Shown: positions 38,560 to 52,171 of the stretch, piece by piece
How positions within the stretch are numbered: position 1 is the stretch's first letter
Layout of the letters: every line of letters starts with the position of its first letter
Source of the DNA: Callorhinchus milii
Lineage: Eukaryota
Assembly (NCBI RefSeq): GCF_018977255.1
Contig: NW_024704756.1
Coordinates: 6,138,001-6,202,000 of the forward strand
Reading direction: 5' to 3'
DNA: 64,000 bases
Notes under the pieces: model-generated
Database searches by the model: none
Told to the model about the DNA's origin: nothing
Seen by the model: only the letters and a program-made list of their open reading frames with translations
Made by a program: the position numbers and the translations under genes

Positions 38560-38961
38560 TGGCCCCAAAGGGCTATTTTTGTTTACTGCTATGAAAGGGA
38601 TGGTCAGGGTTCTGTTTCTGGCTCTTTAATAACATCAAAAACTAACAAGTGTTCAATCCTTGATAGTGGAGTTATGTGTGTGTGTGTTCACTTGTGCATG
38701 TGCTGAGAGATCAGTCCCTGGTGAGAGTGATTGGAAGTAATAAAATTCCACTTTTGCTGCTGGAGCAGCCTAGTATCAGTTGAGCAATTTAGAGTGGAAT
38801 ATAAATTTATAATTCCAGGTCTGAATTGCTCTCGCTAGAGGCTAAACAGATCTCCACTAACTGGTGTTGAACGATGGTAAATTTTTAATGTTATTAAAGA
38901 GCCAGGAGTGAGACTCACTTTTCAATAACATTACAAATTGTCCCTTAAAAGTTCTGAGGCC
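38560..38961. mobile_element. Old palindromic (MITE-like) element
   Basis: Core arms ctggctctttaataacatcaaaaa (38618-) and tttttaatgttattaaagagccag (-38905), with weaker pairing further out. Confidence 0.6.
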
Positions 38962-41128
38962 ATCTGCCTCAAGGTGGTTTCAACAAGCAAGTCCAATGTG
39001 GATTGCTCCAGCGGGATTTATGCTATGTTTTTCGCATCGATTCCAATCAATGTGAAAAGTGCAGTACAAATGTAGGATAAATCAGGTTTTCTACTCAGTC
39101 ATTCGTCTGATGGAAAGGACAAAACATTGCTTCCAGCAAAATAAAAGAGCACTAGAATTATTTCTATTTTGGTGTAACATAATGTCTTTGATGCATTTGT
39201 GTAGAAATGTGACAATAAACAATTCTTGTCTGGAGATAAAACTGCCTTAAATTGATAACGTTAAAGGCTGCAAGGTAACTCCTACTAACTGTATATTGGA
39301 CCCAGTAACCTACTCCACACAGCTGATAGTGCCAAGTCCACTGTATATCTCATGATCATACTCAAGTTAATGGATCAGAACCATACCAACTATTGCAAAT
39401 ACGTAGGTTGAATTTTCCTGGGACAAGTTTAGAACTTTAAATCATATTGCTCCCTTCCTCAAATACTTCTAGTTGTTCATAGCACTTTTATCACAAACAT
39501 AATGTACATAATACATTATAAAATGTATTAGTGACACGATTGTCAATCTGTTAATAATGTGTGGAATAAGCAATTGGACAATGGTGCACATATATAAGTT
39601 CACACATGTACCCTGCTTCAAAATTGAGGCTGTATTTAAGAATGTGCCAAATTCTGGACATAATTTAAAGGCTATGTTAATAGAGCAAATCTTGACTCAG
39701 GAGGAATTTTATCCCTTGGGTTCCTCAACTTACTCACTCCAGTAAGGCTTGAAGCAAAGGGTTGCCTAAAGGGAGAAAATTAAGGGAAGTTAAATCAGAA
39801 GCAAATGCACTTAGATACCACCTTTCATGTAGAATGGATGTCTCAAATTGCTGACTAAATACGATTGGGACCACCATGCAGGGAGATTTAAGGAAGTTGC
39901 AATAATTTCTACATCATGATATATTGGTGTAAACAACAATGCACTGTATCAAAGTCCATTTGTGCAGCAGAAATTCAAGCTTCAAAATGATATGCTGTTA
40001 CTGCTGAATTCAGGATCATACCACAGAAAGAAAACTTCCACTTGATCCATTCTGAATACTTCCATTGAAGCCAATTTTAGAATAGTCAAAAGAAATGCAA
40101 GAAGTTAACATTAAATTTGTGAACCTTAATTGAAAACGGGAGAGAATATTTCTACCATAACAGGAAAGGATTCCACTCAAAAAAGTACATGTGGCATATT
40201 TGGCCAGAACAGTCTTTGCACGACCTTTAACGACAGCCCTCACTCGAGCCATAAGCTGTAGCTTATGACTCAAATTCTCAAATCGGAGCAAGAGAGAGAT
40301 CAATGAAATTCAAAACATAGGAAGAGCAGGAGGCTATTCAGTTTGTCAAACCGGCTCCACAATTTTAATCAGATTAATGCAATTATTTCAGATCTATGCC
40401 CCCATCCCCTTTTCTCATGTCTCTAAATATCGTTACTTAAACGATCTATAAACTGTGGGGCATGACTCAATTTCTAAATTTGGATTTTCTTTGTTTCGAT
40501 TGAAGATTTCTTCCTGCCATGCAGCATTAAATCAAATGCCTCAAAGGGGGCTGAATGAGGTTTATTCACTCACTTTTTACTTCAAGGCTATTGATCCCAC
40601 ATGTTAATTTGTCCCACATAGAGAACAGTAAGAGAATGTTGAGAAATTAGTATTCACTGGAATAATAAGAGCCGCATTGTTCTTTCTTTAAGAACAAGCA
40701 ATCCAAAGTGATATCCTCTTGCAAAAAGTATCTATTCTAGAGGTACAGAAATTTACAATATAAAATTCAAAAAGCTCAAAACAAAGGCTCAGCATACACT
40801 ACTTACAACTTGTTTTGTTAAATTTCTTATAAAGTTAAATTTTGGGAACTCATGAAATAACTAAACATTTTCTTTTGCCATTTTAAAGGTCATCTGCCTC
40901 TTTGTGTGGATTTTACTCCTTGTTCCCAACCTGCAAGATTAACCAAAACAGCTGATATTGGCAAGACTTAAAATATGAAGGACCCCAGTGAGTCTTTAGT
41001 CCATTTTATAATGACATTCACTAAATCATTGATTTTGGCATTAATGTTGTGATCTAACTCTTGGGCAGATTATTTTGAACTTTTATTGGTGAGTTGCTGT
41101 GATTGTGGTAGCAATTTGATAGCAATAG

Positions 41129-41290
41129 TAATAATAACAATAATCCTTGCATTTGATATAGCGCCTTATCATGTCTTCGAGATGTCTCAAAGCGCTTCAC
41201 AGAATATACTGTAAAGTGAATTGGCTGTATATCTTGTCGGTGAAACTTGGCAGCAATTGCACACAGCAGTGTCCCATAGCAGTGAGGATT
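41129..41290 (-). mobile_element. SINE 3' fragment
   Basis: Shared tail taatccttgcatttgatatagcgcc...cacagcagtgtccca. Confidence 0.88.
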
Positions 41291-42039
41291 AGTTAGTTGT
41301 GCAGAAGCCATGCAATTGATATCAACTGGAAGATATGTTTTTTGGAGTACAGTAGTACAATTTGTAAACACTGTCAATGTGTGTAATTCACAGGGGGCTC
41401 CTTTCTTCTTTGGTCTATTGAACGTTCGCAAGGGATCCATTGAACAGTATTTAAAAACTTAGACTTTTTTTTCACTGCTCCGGCACTGTGCATGTGCAGA
41501 CCCACCCACGCCCAACATCCTCCACCGCACCCCAACCAACCCTCCATTTTGATGGAATGTATAAACCACATTTACTTTTCTGAACTTCGACTCTACTGGG
41601 ACCAAAGAGGCTCAACACCCAAAAAAATGAACACAATATGATATTACTTCAATTGTCTTTTTCTTAATTTTTGAATGCTTCATCTGCTCCCTGAGCTCCA
41701 TTGTGCTTTATCTGATGATTGTCCCCTGTGCCTGAAAGCCATTTATCAGACAGGTTGATGGTGCTTTAGCCCTCCGGGTGTCATGTATCATGCAGCTCTT
41801 CATTTTATATACACAAGTATCTGGAGATAAGAGAGACATTATTAAGTTATGTCAGCTCTGGCAACTGAAGAGCTTAAACAATGGGCTTCAATGTATTAAA
41901 AAAGACAAGTGAAAATCTTTATGAATATGTATCCATCTGATTTTAAATTGCTGGTTGGATAGGCTAAAATACATGGCCTGTAATTTAACAAAAAGGCTTT
42001 TCGTCAAAAAGATCAGTAAAAGATAACTTTAATTAAAAA

Positions 42040-42226
42040 CCTACCAACCTGCCCACTTCAAGGCCGGTCTCAAGACCATCCTCTTCAATCGTGCCTTTGG
42101 TCTCCCTCCCACCTCTCTGCCTTCCCTCACCCCTACACCATCCCTCCCCCATGCTCGGGCCCTGACATCTGACTGTACATCGCTTTGGGACGTCCTCCCG
42201 TGTGAAAGGTGCTCTATAAATCTGCA
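42040..42226 (+). mobile_element. L2 3' end
   Basis: cacttcaaggccggtctcaagaccatcctcttcaatcgtgcctt (FKAGLKTILFNRA), then the tail gctttgggacgtcctcccgtgtgaaaggtgctctataaat. Confidence 0.85.
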
Positions 42227-43929
42227 ATCAAAAAAAAGGTTAAACTTTGTTTGTATAAAGATACCATATTTGCAGGAAGAAAGAGCAGGAAATATTTTCA
42301 ACACCTGAACATTTGTTCAGAAATCCCCAAACACTGTCCTCCAGCTGAGTTAAAATGGTAAACCTTACTCCTGCCCACATTTATGGTTTCAGTTATCGCG
42401 TGGGAAATGCAGTGATGGTGCACTGTGAACCGCTACATTTACAACTGCTGGAGCAGTTTAATGAAGTGGAGCCTTGTAATCCTTTCTGCTCATCTTAGTG
42501 TTCTGGCCAGTTGAGGATAGATATGCTGTGCAGATGTTCTTTGGGAAAATATATATATCAGAACTACTGATAGTGAAGAATATTTAGACCAAATTGAAAA
42601 GCATGGGAAATTTCTGATTACACCTTATCCCAAAAGGGTCCAGTCGGAAATAAAAAGCCAACAGCTAACATTTAAGTGGAAAGCAATTATCCCCATAGGA
42701 ATTGTGGAAGATACTCTCAAGTGCACTTTACTGATGAATCCAATATGAATGTTCAAATTGTATTTTTAGAAAAGCCTTTGATTGCCAGATGTTAAGTTCA
42801 GAAAACATTTTTTTCACAACAGGAAAATCATACAAATTAAGTATTACAGCTAAAATGCAATGCGTTTTGTAATGTTTACAATACTCATGTGGGAGTACAG
42901 ATTGTTAACTACACTTTGTTTTTCAACCATCTCTCACTTGTTTCAGCAACTGAAAAATAATTTCCAATTCACCTCCAGAGCTTTTCAATTTATGCTGCAA
43001 AAGTATAAGTCATCATGGGGCTAATTCACAATTCTATCCTTTGTGAATTACGGCCATTGTAAATATAAAGGCATTTTAAATTCAGTAATTTGAAAAGGAT
43101 CTAAAACTGAGTGTGGAATGGAGCCAGAATTATTCTCTTCATGGAGTTACCAAGTTTACCATAAACATTTGTTGCATGAAGTTGCATTTTCAACTTCATG
43201 AATTGGGTCATGAATTGCAGCAAGTGAATAACATATCAATTAAAACCAAACTAAAATAAACCAACGAGCTATTTTTGGTATTTGTTCTACATCTAACCAT
43301 GAGTTACAAAACACAGATGAAGTGGTGTCTTATACCCCTGTCTCTGTGAGACAAATGTAGTCACAAATCTCCCACACATATTCCGATACACATGAAACTG
43401 CAGTGATTTATACAATTATTGGAGGTCAGTGACAGACCTGAAGAATGACAGGAGAGGAAGAAGCAAGGGAATAGACAGAATGTCCATGAAAAATGTAAGT
43501 AACTCTCAGCAGGCAGCCTCAGCAGGAGATAGTTTTTCTCTGTGCTCATCAAGGTGATGAATGACTCTGTTGGGAAATGAAACACTATTTCCTTCTTATC
43601 CCCGAGCTTTACCATTGATAATAATCACCAGATGCCCCAACAAAATACACTAACCACAGAACACTACAGCCTATCGTTTTCCTCACTTCTGCTTTCTTTA
43701 ATTTAAGCTGTTTGGTTCAGGTCACATATTTACTATACTTTCTGCTGTTGTCACACAGGAAGATGGGATGATGATGAAGTGCTCCTAGGATTCTGTCATA
43801 ACAACAACAACAGGCATTTATATAGCACCCCTCACGTAGTGCAACTTCCCAGAGCACTTGGAATAGTGTGGATGAAGAGGTCGGAATGACTTAACCATCA
43901 AATATTCGATTCCCCTAATTTCTGGAGAA

Positions 43930-44185
43930 GCACAGGTCTTTCACGTTCTCCTATATCCTTTCAGGAACTACACCCCTAACCTCTGAAACTCCCTCTTCAC
44001 CTTCAGTGTCGTCCCTTTTCCAATCAGTCTTTAAATCCACAAAAACCCACTGCTTTCACTCCGCCTATGGTCACCTGGACAATCCCCGTCACCCTCCTCC
44101 CAGGCATGAGATACAACTCCACGTCTGTGAACGCTCCGAGACATTATTCTACATAAACGGTGCTATATTAATGCAAGTTGTTGTA
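43930..44185 (+). mobile_element. L2 3' end
   Basis: ctctgaaactccct...ctttaaatcc...ggtgctatattaatgcaagttgttgt. Confidence 0.7.
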
Positions 44186-44706
44186 CTCCTCCCTGAAGGC
44201 ACAATCAGAACTAGAAACCATCATCTGGATAATTATTGAACATCAAATTTCATTCTGGATCAAATAATTGAATCTGTGCTTATTGATGGTTTGCTCATCC
44301 TCCCTCACACATCAAGCTACCTCAGTAATCAAACTACTACAATATGCAAATCAAATGTGTTTCTCATGACAACAAATAAATATTTATCGATTATCAGGAA
44401 AACAAAACCAAGATGTTTCAGCACTTATTTTGCATACCTTTAGGGCCAGGTATCAAATTGATTACCAGGGTAGAATGTTCAAAAGTCTCTTGATGTTAAT
44501 AATTTGGGACTTCAATTGTTTTTTAAACAGTTGCAAAACTTGGCTTCATGTTAGTCTGCAAAAATGTTCCATGACAAACAGCAATGTAATGTCATTGTAA
44601 TGTTGCCATAATATTCTCAATATACACACTCCCCCCAACAATACCAATTTCTGCCAAGTAGAAGGTTTGTTTATTGCAATAAGCTGCTTCAGATCATTTT
44701 CTGTTC

Positions 44707-45432
44707 CACAACAGACCAGAGCAATCTTCATTTTAAAATTATTGTTTTTAAGCTATTAAATTCAATGTGGATTGCTGATTCATTATTACAAATTGTTCAC
44801 TCTAACTGTCCTTTTTCAAATTTGTAGCCACTTTCCACGTATTAAATTAAAGAACGAAAAATACTTCATGGCAACAAACGACATGCACATTCATTTTATT
44901 GCCTAGATCCTGTTTTCAAACAATGCAGCGTTTCAGTTTAGAGATTCATTTCCAACTCCGTGGAGATCAATCAGCCGATATGCTCTCTTTAAATTGTTGT
45001 GCAGGACGATTTAATGCACCAGTAAACATATTAAGGTCAGCAGTCCTACAACGATATAACATCGTCACTGATTAAAATCTGTTTGAGATCAAGTCAACTT
45101 GGTGCCCTATCAGACAGAGAAACATATAACTAACCGAAAATTACATCGTTAAAGTACATTGCAAAAGCTCGTGAGAGGCTAAGACAGGGTGTTTTATACT
45201 TGGGCACAAGTCCATCCTAGAATGAAGGGAAGAAAATCTCTGCTCTGCTCATGCATGTCGTTTGTTGCCATGAAGTATTTTTCGTTCTTTAATTTAATAC
45301 GTGGAAAGTGGCTACAAATTTGAAAAAGGACAGTTAGAGTGAACAATTTGTAATAATGAATCAGCAATCCACATTGAATTTAATAGCTTAAAAACAATAA
45401 TTTTAAAATGAAGATTGCTCTGGTCTGTTGTG
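44707..45432. repeat. Perfect 181-bp inverted repeat (44707-44887 / 45252-45432), 364-bp spacer
   Basis: The arms read as exact reverse complements by eye, from cacaacagaccagagc to caaacgacatgca. Confidence 0.97.
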
Positions 45433-46339
45433 AATAAATTGCCAACCTCAGTCAAAGAAGCCATATGCATGCTTCAAATGGAAACTGAAGACACTCATAC
45501 TGATTGAACAGCAGATCTTTTTCTGGCCTTTTAATGTGCACATTACTGTATTAACTGTATTGGGATGTCCTCCCGACATGAAAGGCCCTATACAAATGTA
45601 ATCTTGTTGTTGTTGTTGTTGTATTAAGGATACTGCGAGAATTAGCGATATTAGCCTCTGCTGTTCCTGACATAAGGAAGTGCTTGATTTATTAATACAG
45701 TTTTTGATTGATATAGTACCTATAATATTGGGAACGTCTTAAAGTTTCTCCAAAGTGTAGTGACTGTATTTTTTAGCACTTCTTAGCATTGATACATCCG
45801 CCAGGTGAACATCAAAACATCCAAAAAAGGATTATTTGAGGGGACAATGGTTTGAAAGTTTGAAAGTTTTCTGATGATGAATCTGTGGAGCTTGCTTTTA
45901 GTGCACAATGTTCCTCACTGTTTCAGAAACTGACCATCTGAAAAAAAACTCCCAGCCATTGCTTCAAACAATTATGTCAAGTATTTATAAAGAATAATCC
46001 TTTATGTGTTTATTTGTTAAAACTCATTTAAATTAGTTTGTTCATGTATAGGGATACGTGTCTATCAAAAACCTTTTGCTTATTTTAATAACCTGAATCA
46101 CTTAGAATTTAACAATCATGCAGAACCTCAAGAAAGGCAAGGTCTAACATTTCTACTCAGATCTTGCCACCACAATCAAAACAGCCTACCAGGCAGTTGG
46201 CTGAAGGTGACCTTTTCCCACGGTCCAGGCGCTCACGTGACAGTCCACTGATTGGCCTCGGCGCTGAGCTGAGCAGGACTGAAGTTCATTCCGACAATAT
46301 ATCTGATATTATCCTTACTGGGATGTATAATAGAATGCA

Positions 46340-46455
46340 ACTACATAAGCCCACAAAATATACAAGTCAGTCCACTTTACAGTATATTCTGTGAAGCGCT
46401 TTGAGACGTCTTGAAGACATGATAAAGCGCTATATCAAATGCAAGGATTATTTAT
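46340..46455 (+). mobile_element. SINE 3' fragment
   Basis: cactttacagtatattctgtgaagcgctttgagacg...gctatatcaaatgcaaggatta. Confidence 0.88.
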
Positions 46456-49400
46456 TAAATACAAGCGAGTGATGAAATGAAAGAGGGGATAGTGTGGGGG
46501 GGGGGTCCCTTATTCACATTTTGCATGAAAAACGGCCAGGATATTAACAGTATGATGATTTAAGCCACGTGATGATATAAGTCAGGGTCTTATCATCAGG
46601 GGTTCATTATAACTACTGCCTGTGTTAATTTCTTCTGTCTTTAAATGGCCTTTGCGATATTAAAAATGTTACTTATTTGTGGTGCAATAGTTGTTTTTAT
46701 CATGCTGAAGAACTCAACATAAGCAAAGGAAGTACACAACTTCAAAATTGGCAGCAGATTAGGAACACATTTTCTCCCGAGCCTTCATGCATAAGATTTA
46801 TTGGTGCCTTAATACAAAACACAAGTTTTATACTTTGAGAAATTGAATTGAAATCTGAATACAATTCCCTCCCTCCCTGTTTTTCCCTCCTGAAAGCAAT
46901 GAATAATGGTGGGTGCAGTTAACAGGATCTGGCATTTGTCCAGTACTTTACTGATGGTCATTTTATTTATATGAGCATTTAAGCTGAGCTCCATTCTGTC
47001 TGCATCCAAGGTCTATAAAAAGCAAAAACAGGATTGAAAACTCTTTTTTCTATCCCTCGTTCCACATTTCGGGGCAGTTGCATTTTTGAAAAGGCAGGAG
47101 AGGACAATTCCTCCTGCCCTATTATTTTTATTTGTCCTTTGATAAGATGCAACAAAATTACCATTTTTAGTGTTTTGTGTGCGATGTTAGGGATGGTATT
47201 TTGGAAGGAAGTGTTCGGACAAGCACAAAGGCTCTCTCCTTGTGTACTCTTTCCTGATCTAATCAAGACTTAAAAATATTACTGATTTCTTAGCTCTTTT
47301 GAAACCTTCAAAAGTATCATTGTTGATATATAAAATATTATTAAAGGGAATTTTTGTGTGATAGAAATATGAAAACATAATTTTACAATTTTTCCTCATC
47401 AAACCTCCAGTGCAGGAGTAAGAAGAATGCTGTGCCATTTTTGGATTTCATGAACAGTCTCATTGATAAGAAGAATCAGCGCCTTGGGACATCCTCCAAA
47501 CTGATAGGCGCTATACAAATGTAATTTGTTGTACATTTATTAAGGCTCATTAAGATACAAACAATCTTTCAATTCCTTCTCCCTACCCCCATTATCTTCC
47601 AGTAGAGAAAGCGACAAGAGGAAGGATTTTCAACAAGATTAGGTTTAATAAAAGAAAGCTTAGCTTCCAGTCACAGCAAATCAAACTATACATATTTCAG
47701 AAAAAGGTCAGATTGAGTACATAGCAATGCTATGCTTAGGATGAAGTTGTATAAATCAAACTTTCTAAATAATTTTCTCTTTAACCTCTCTCTTTTTCTG
47801 GAACAGATCAGCTTTGAATTTCTACTTCACAACCAAGAGATGCATGATTGAAAACCAATGAGACTGTTCAGGAAATCCAAAATGGTGGTGAAATGTCAGC
47901 CATGATAGCTTCATTTAGTGCAGCTTTTCAGCAATTTTAAAATTCTGTAGAAAATTGACAACTCGGTAAGTCCTGCGGTACAAATGCGATCACTCAGCTA
48001 TTCACCCTCCCCATGGAAATCAGGCTCATTTAGTTGGAAGTTGGATTCTGTCCAATTATTAATTTCCTGGGAACACAAGCACAAATGCTAAATTTAAAGT
48101 AACAATTTTCAGTATTTTGCAAAGAATGTTTTCTCAGGCTTCTCATATGTCTGCAAGCTTCCTGGACATGAAAGGATTTGTGTGTTTATTTTGCAAACAG
48201 CTTTTTTGAGTGCATAGCAAACCCAATAAAAACAATTTACATCAAGTGTTGTACACTATTGTACAAAAAATGGTTGCAGCATAAAATGAATTTATTGTAT
48301 ATTAAAAAGCTCTTTGAATCACCTTTCTCTATCTGTACTCATATGATATAATACATTGCCTCAGAAGAAAGCAGTAAATACGCCAGGCCAATACATCACG
48401 AAATCTGCCCACACAATCTGTGCTCCCTTTGTTATGCACCTTCTTAGTGTTTTCATTCATGTAGATGATAAAAAAAAGCTGAACATAGTGGAAGGCGCAG
48501 TACAAATATAATTTGTTGTTGTTTGTTATATTTAGCTATATTAATTGTGTGGCCTTTCAAGTATCTGTGACGTTTTGGAGAGCACTAGAGTGAAAACAAA
48601 CATATTGCAATGTCAGAAATTTAATTGTGCATATGTGAAAGGGTAAATATTGCTTATGTGCAAAAAAACACTTGATGTTTCAAGCAAGTAGAACATTGTG
48701 AGTTGGAGACAAGAAAAACTTGGCATCAATGTCAGAAATATAAAACTTACGCAAGAGTTGCAAAACAACAATTTGGAGCGCTTCAAAACCAAAAAGAGAA
48801 ATAAGGAAAATGTGAAACACCATAGAGGAGACACTACGGATTTATTTGTTTCCCCCAATCCGCCACAACAAGCAATCTTACAAAACCACAGGAGATTAAA
48901 TAGCTCAAAATGTACTGTACCCGAACTCTCTGGTTACATCTCATACCACTAACCCTGTAATCAAGTCGCCTGCACATTCTCCATTGAAAAGGAACCAGTT
49001 ATGTGGAGCAAAACATATTTTCTTAATTGTACAGCACTATTTCAGAAACCTTTTTTCAGGATAGCTCTATAATTGGTTGCATAGCTATTTGTTCAGCAGT
49101 CCGAGAAGTTTAATATTCTAAGCCATTGAAGAACAACAGTTTCTTTCCCAGGCCATCCACCAACAACGGATCTTTGCAGAGTCCGATATCCATTTAGTGC
49201 AGATTCCAACAAAAAAAAATCACTGGGCTATTTACTGCAATTTTAATACTAGCTTCAAAGAAATACAGGCTAAGTATCCTTACCGGCTAATTTGATCAGT
49301 CTGGAAACTATAACCTCTTTGGCAATTGCGTGACTGACTCCTATTTGCATCTGCAATGATCACTTAGCCTTTACAAGTTAAAAAAATTGATTTTCATCAA

Positions 49401-52051
49401 AATCCCAGTTCATCTCGTGTACCCTACAATTCTGTTGGAAAACATCTTGAAGACGTGGTAAGGCGCTATATCAAATGCAATGATTGCTATTATTATAAGA
49501 TTACAGGTTAATGAATGGTGTTGTATCACCTCATAGCTTGAACTTGCCTCTTCTGCTTATGTTAAAATTGTCTGCTGCATTAGGTAGCACTGTATCTTAC
49601 ATGTAAAATAAAACATTTCAACTTGATGGGGTGCTAAATTAAATGCAAGCATTATTATCAGTTATTATTAAAGAAATCCCCTCAGTGAAGAAAAACAAAG
49701 AAATTCTTGAAATTGTCTTGTCCCACGTATAAAGCATCAACAATATATCATTGAATTACAGTAGAACAACATTTGTGCTCCATTATCAACATGAACCAGA
49801 TATGGCACAAAACCAAAGTGCTAACATTTATTAATTCCATACTGGCATGGAGTTTGGATAAAAAATACATTTTGTTGTCACATTATTTCATTGCTGCAAT
49901 ATGCTTTACTGTTTTTCAATGTATTTTGTGGTCCAATGGATAAAACACAGTCGTCTTTATTCCAACTACTGAGGTCTGGTAAATTATTGATATTCTAAAT
50001 ATGTTTTTAAAAAACCTAAACCATCTTAATTTGTTTTTGTGGGGTACATTTACTTTGGACAAACAACTTACACTCTTTTGGAAAATGCTACTTTTCGATA
50101 GTTTGAGGATGATCAGTGTTAAACAATGGTCCTGATTTGCTTGACAGAAGACACCAACCATGCAGATAAACCCCCAAAATGGGGCTCCCAAGTGAAATAT
50201 TTGGCTTTTTGCTCTCAGCTCAGACTGTAAATAAATGAGGCAAGCCGCCAAGAACATTTGTTGCCACAGCGAAAGCCAACAAAATTCTTGAAAAGGATCC
50301 TAAAAGTTGAACTTTCAAGAGCGGTGATCTTTTTAAACAAATATTAAAGAACAAGTTTCCCTGTTTTTTTTAAAACTAATCCTTAGGAATTATCAGTTTC
50401 TTATGTGAAAGGAAATAAAGTACACATTGGAAACAGTAATGAAAGTAAATAAATAACAGGAGCAGATTAAATTAATAACAACCACAATTGTTCAATGTGT
50501 TAATAGAAAAAGAAACACTTGGCAGACTGGATCTGAATTGTGTAAGTGTATTTTGGCGTACTGTGCTAGTTGAGTTGAACAACAGTTATACTGAGATTTA
50601 GGACAAATCTAATTAATTCCATGTTTCCGTAACATAACAAGCAAAAGCAATAAAGTTGCTGCCTATGTCTTCATTCAATCTCCAGAGGTAAAACACCTGG
50701 AACAGGAAATAAATACTGCATCCCACTGCTGGCAGTATTTAGGATGGTATCCAATGTCATCCGAGCAATGGCAATGGCATACCATCGTAAAGATTGGCAG
50801 TGAGAATTTTGCATTGCCGAGCTGATGATTGGGAAAGATTTGTCAACGCTTCGCTCTTTAAATGTAATTTTGTTGTTGTTGTTCTGTTGTAAGTAGAAAA
50901 GGGATTAAGAAACATTAGTTCTTACCTGACAAATCAATTAGCAAACCCCTGAACAAGCAAATTAAATTTTTGAAAGTTTCATGAAGTTCCTTGGGTGGGA
51001 CATTTTAAAGATCACAATTCAGAGAATGCTTTCTGTAGTTATGGTTTCTAAAATTCAGCTCAAAATTAAAAATAATTAACACTTGGATGAGGGAGCATCT
51101 CAGATTCTGAATCCCCAGTCTCCTTTGAAGCATTCCCGTTCATTTTGCAACCAGTACAACTGTATCTAAGTTGCAGCATTACCAACCGACAATGAATAAA
51201 ATAATGGGCTCAACCGTGTTGCCCATCACTGTCATGTTTTAAAATTATCTATTTGGAGGGCTCCCTGTGGTAAGTGCCCCAGTATGAGTCACTAATAGAG
51301 ATGGGGAAAAGCAAAGGAAGAAAATAGCACCAATTAGTGTAGTATTGCAGGGCTATTAATCAATCTGGGAATTATTCTGCTCTGTTACCTATGTGCAGCG
51401 AATGGTATGATTTGCACTTACAGTGGGATTTCCAATTATAAATGCACACAGACCAGAATAACCCCCTATGTTTTTACATACCCCATTTGTACTACATTTT
51501 CTTTGGATTGACATGAATTTACTGCAATAATGTGCACTAAAAGATTCCCAGTTGATACCTGCCACTGAGCTTTTACTTCACCTTTTGCAGTAAGATTTAA
51601 AGTGGCACCTAGGGCTATCACAAACATGCTGATGTATTTCAGACATCTTAAAGTCTGATACAAATATGCATCCATTTGCTACGTGCAAGTGGCCCACTTC
51701 TGTCAGTAAACTTAACCTGTTTGAAGTCCGTGTTTTTGCAACTTTGAATCATAGTGCAGATACGTTAAGAGAAAAATTCAGCATTAATCTGTGCATGAAA
51801 ATTAACTTCTTATTCTTTAAAGCTTTTCATATATAAAATAATTGCTAAATACATTAGCTGAAGTTTTTCATGAACAACAAATTGTTTGAAACGTGTTTTC
51901 CTGAACAATTTCCAGTTATGTTTTCAGCCTTTGATAAGTACTGACAATATAACCTTATAGGATTTGTGAGCGGAGTGCATGGGAAGCACCAATGTGGTGA
52001 TGTAATTGAAACTCTACTGATTATTAACTATTCTTAATTTATTGCAATATG

Positions 52052-52171
52052 CAGGGTGACCAAAAAGTCGTCATATCTACCCTATTATCTAAAAAACACA
52101 AAAATATCATAATTTATTTTAAGACTTATTAGACAGTGTATTGGTATCACAACTTTTCGGTCATCACCCTG
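52052..52171. mobile_element. 120-bp Tc1/mariner-type MITE
   Basis: TIRs CAGGGTGACCAAAAAGTCGT / ACAACTTTTCGGTCATCACCCTG. TA on the right flank, TG on the left (presumed mutated target duplication). Confidence 0.7.

Noticed and set aside
43175-43200. Short hairpins (also ~50710-50741, 58215-58241, 60504-60524)
   Set aside because: Stems of 8-10 bp are expected occasionally by chance or from MITE debris, and are too short to call miRNA or terminator.
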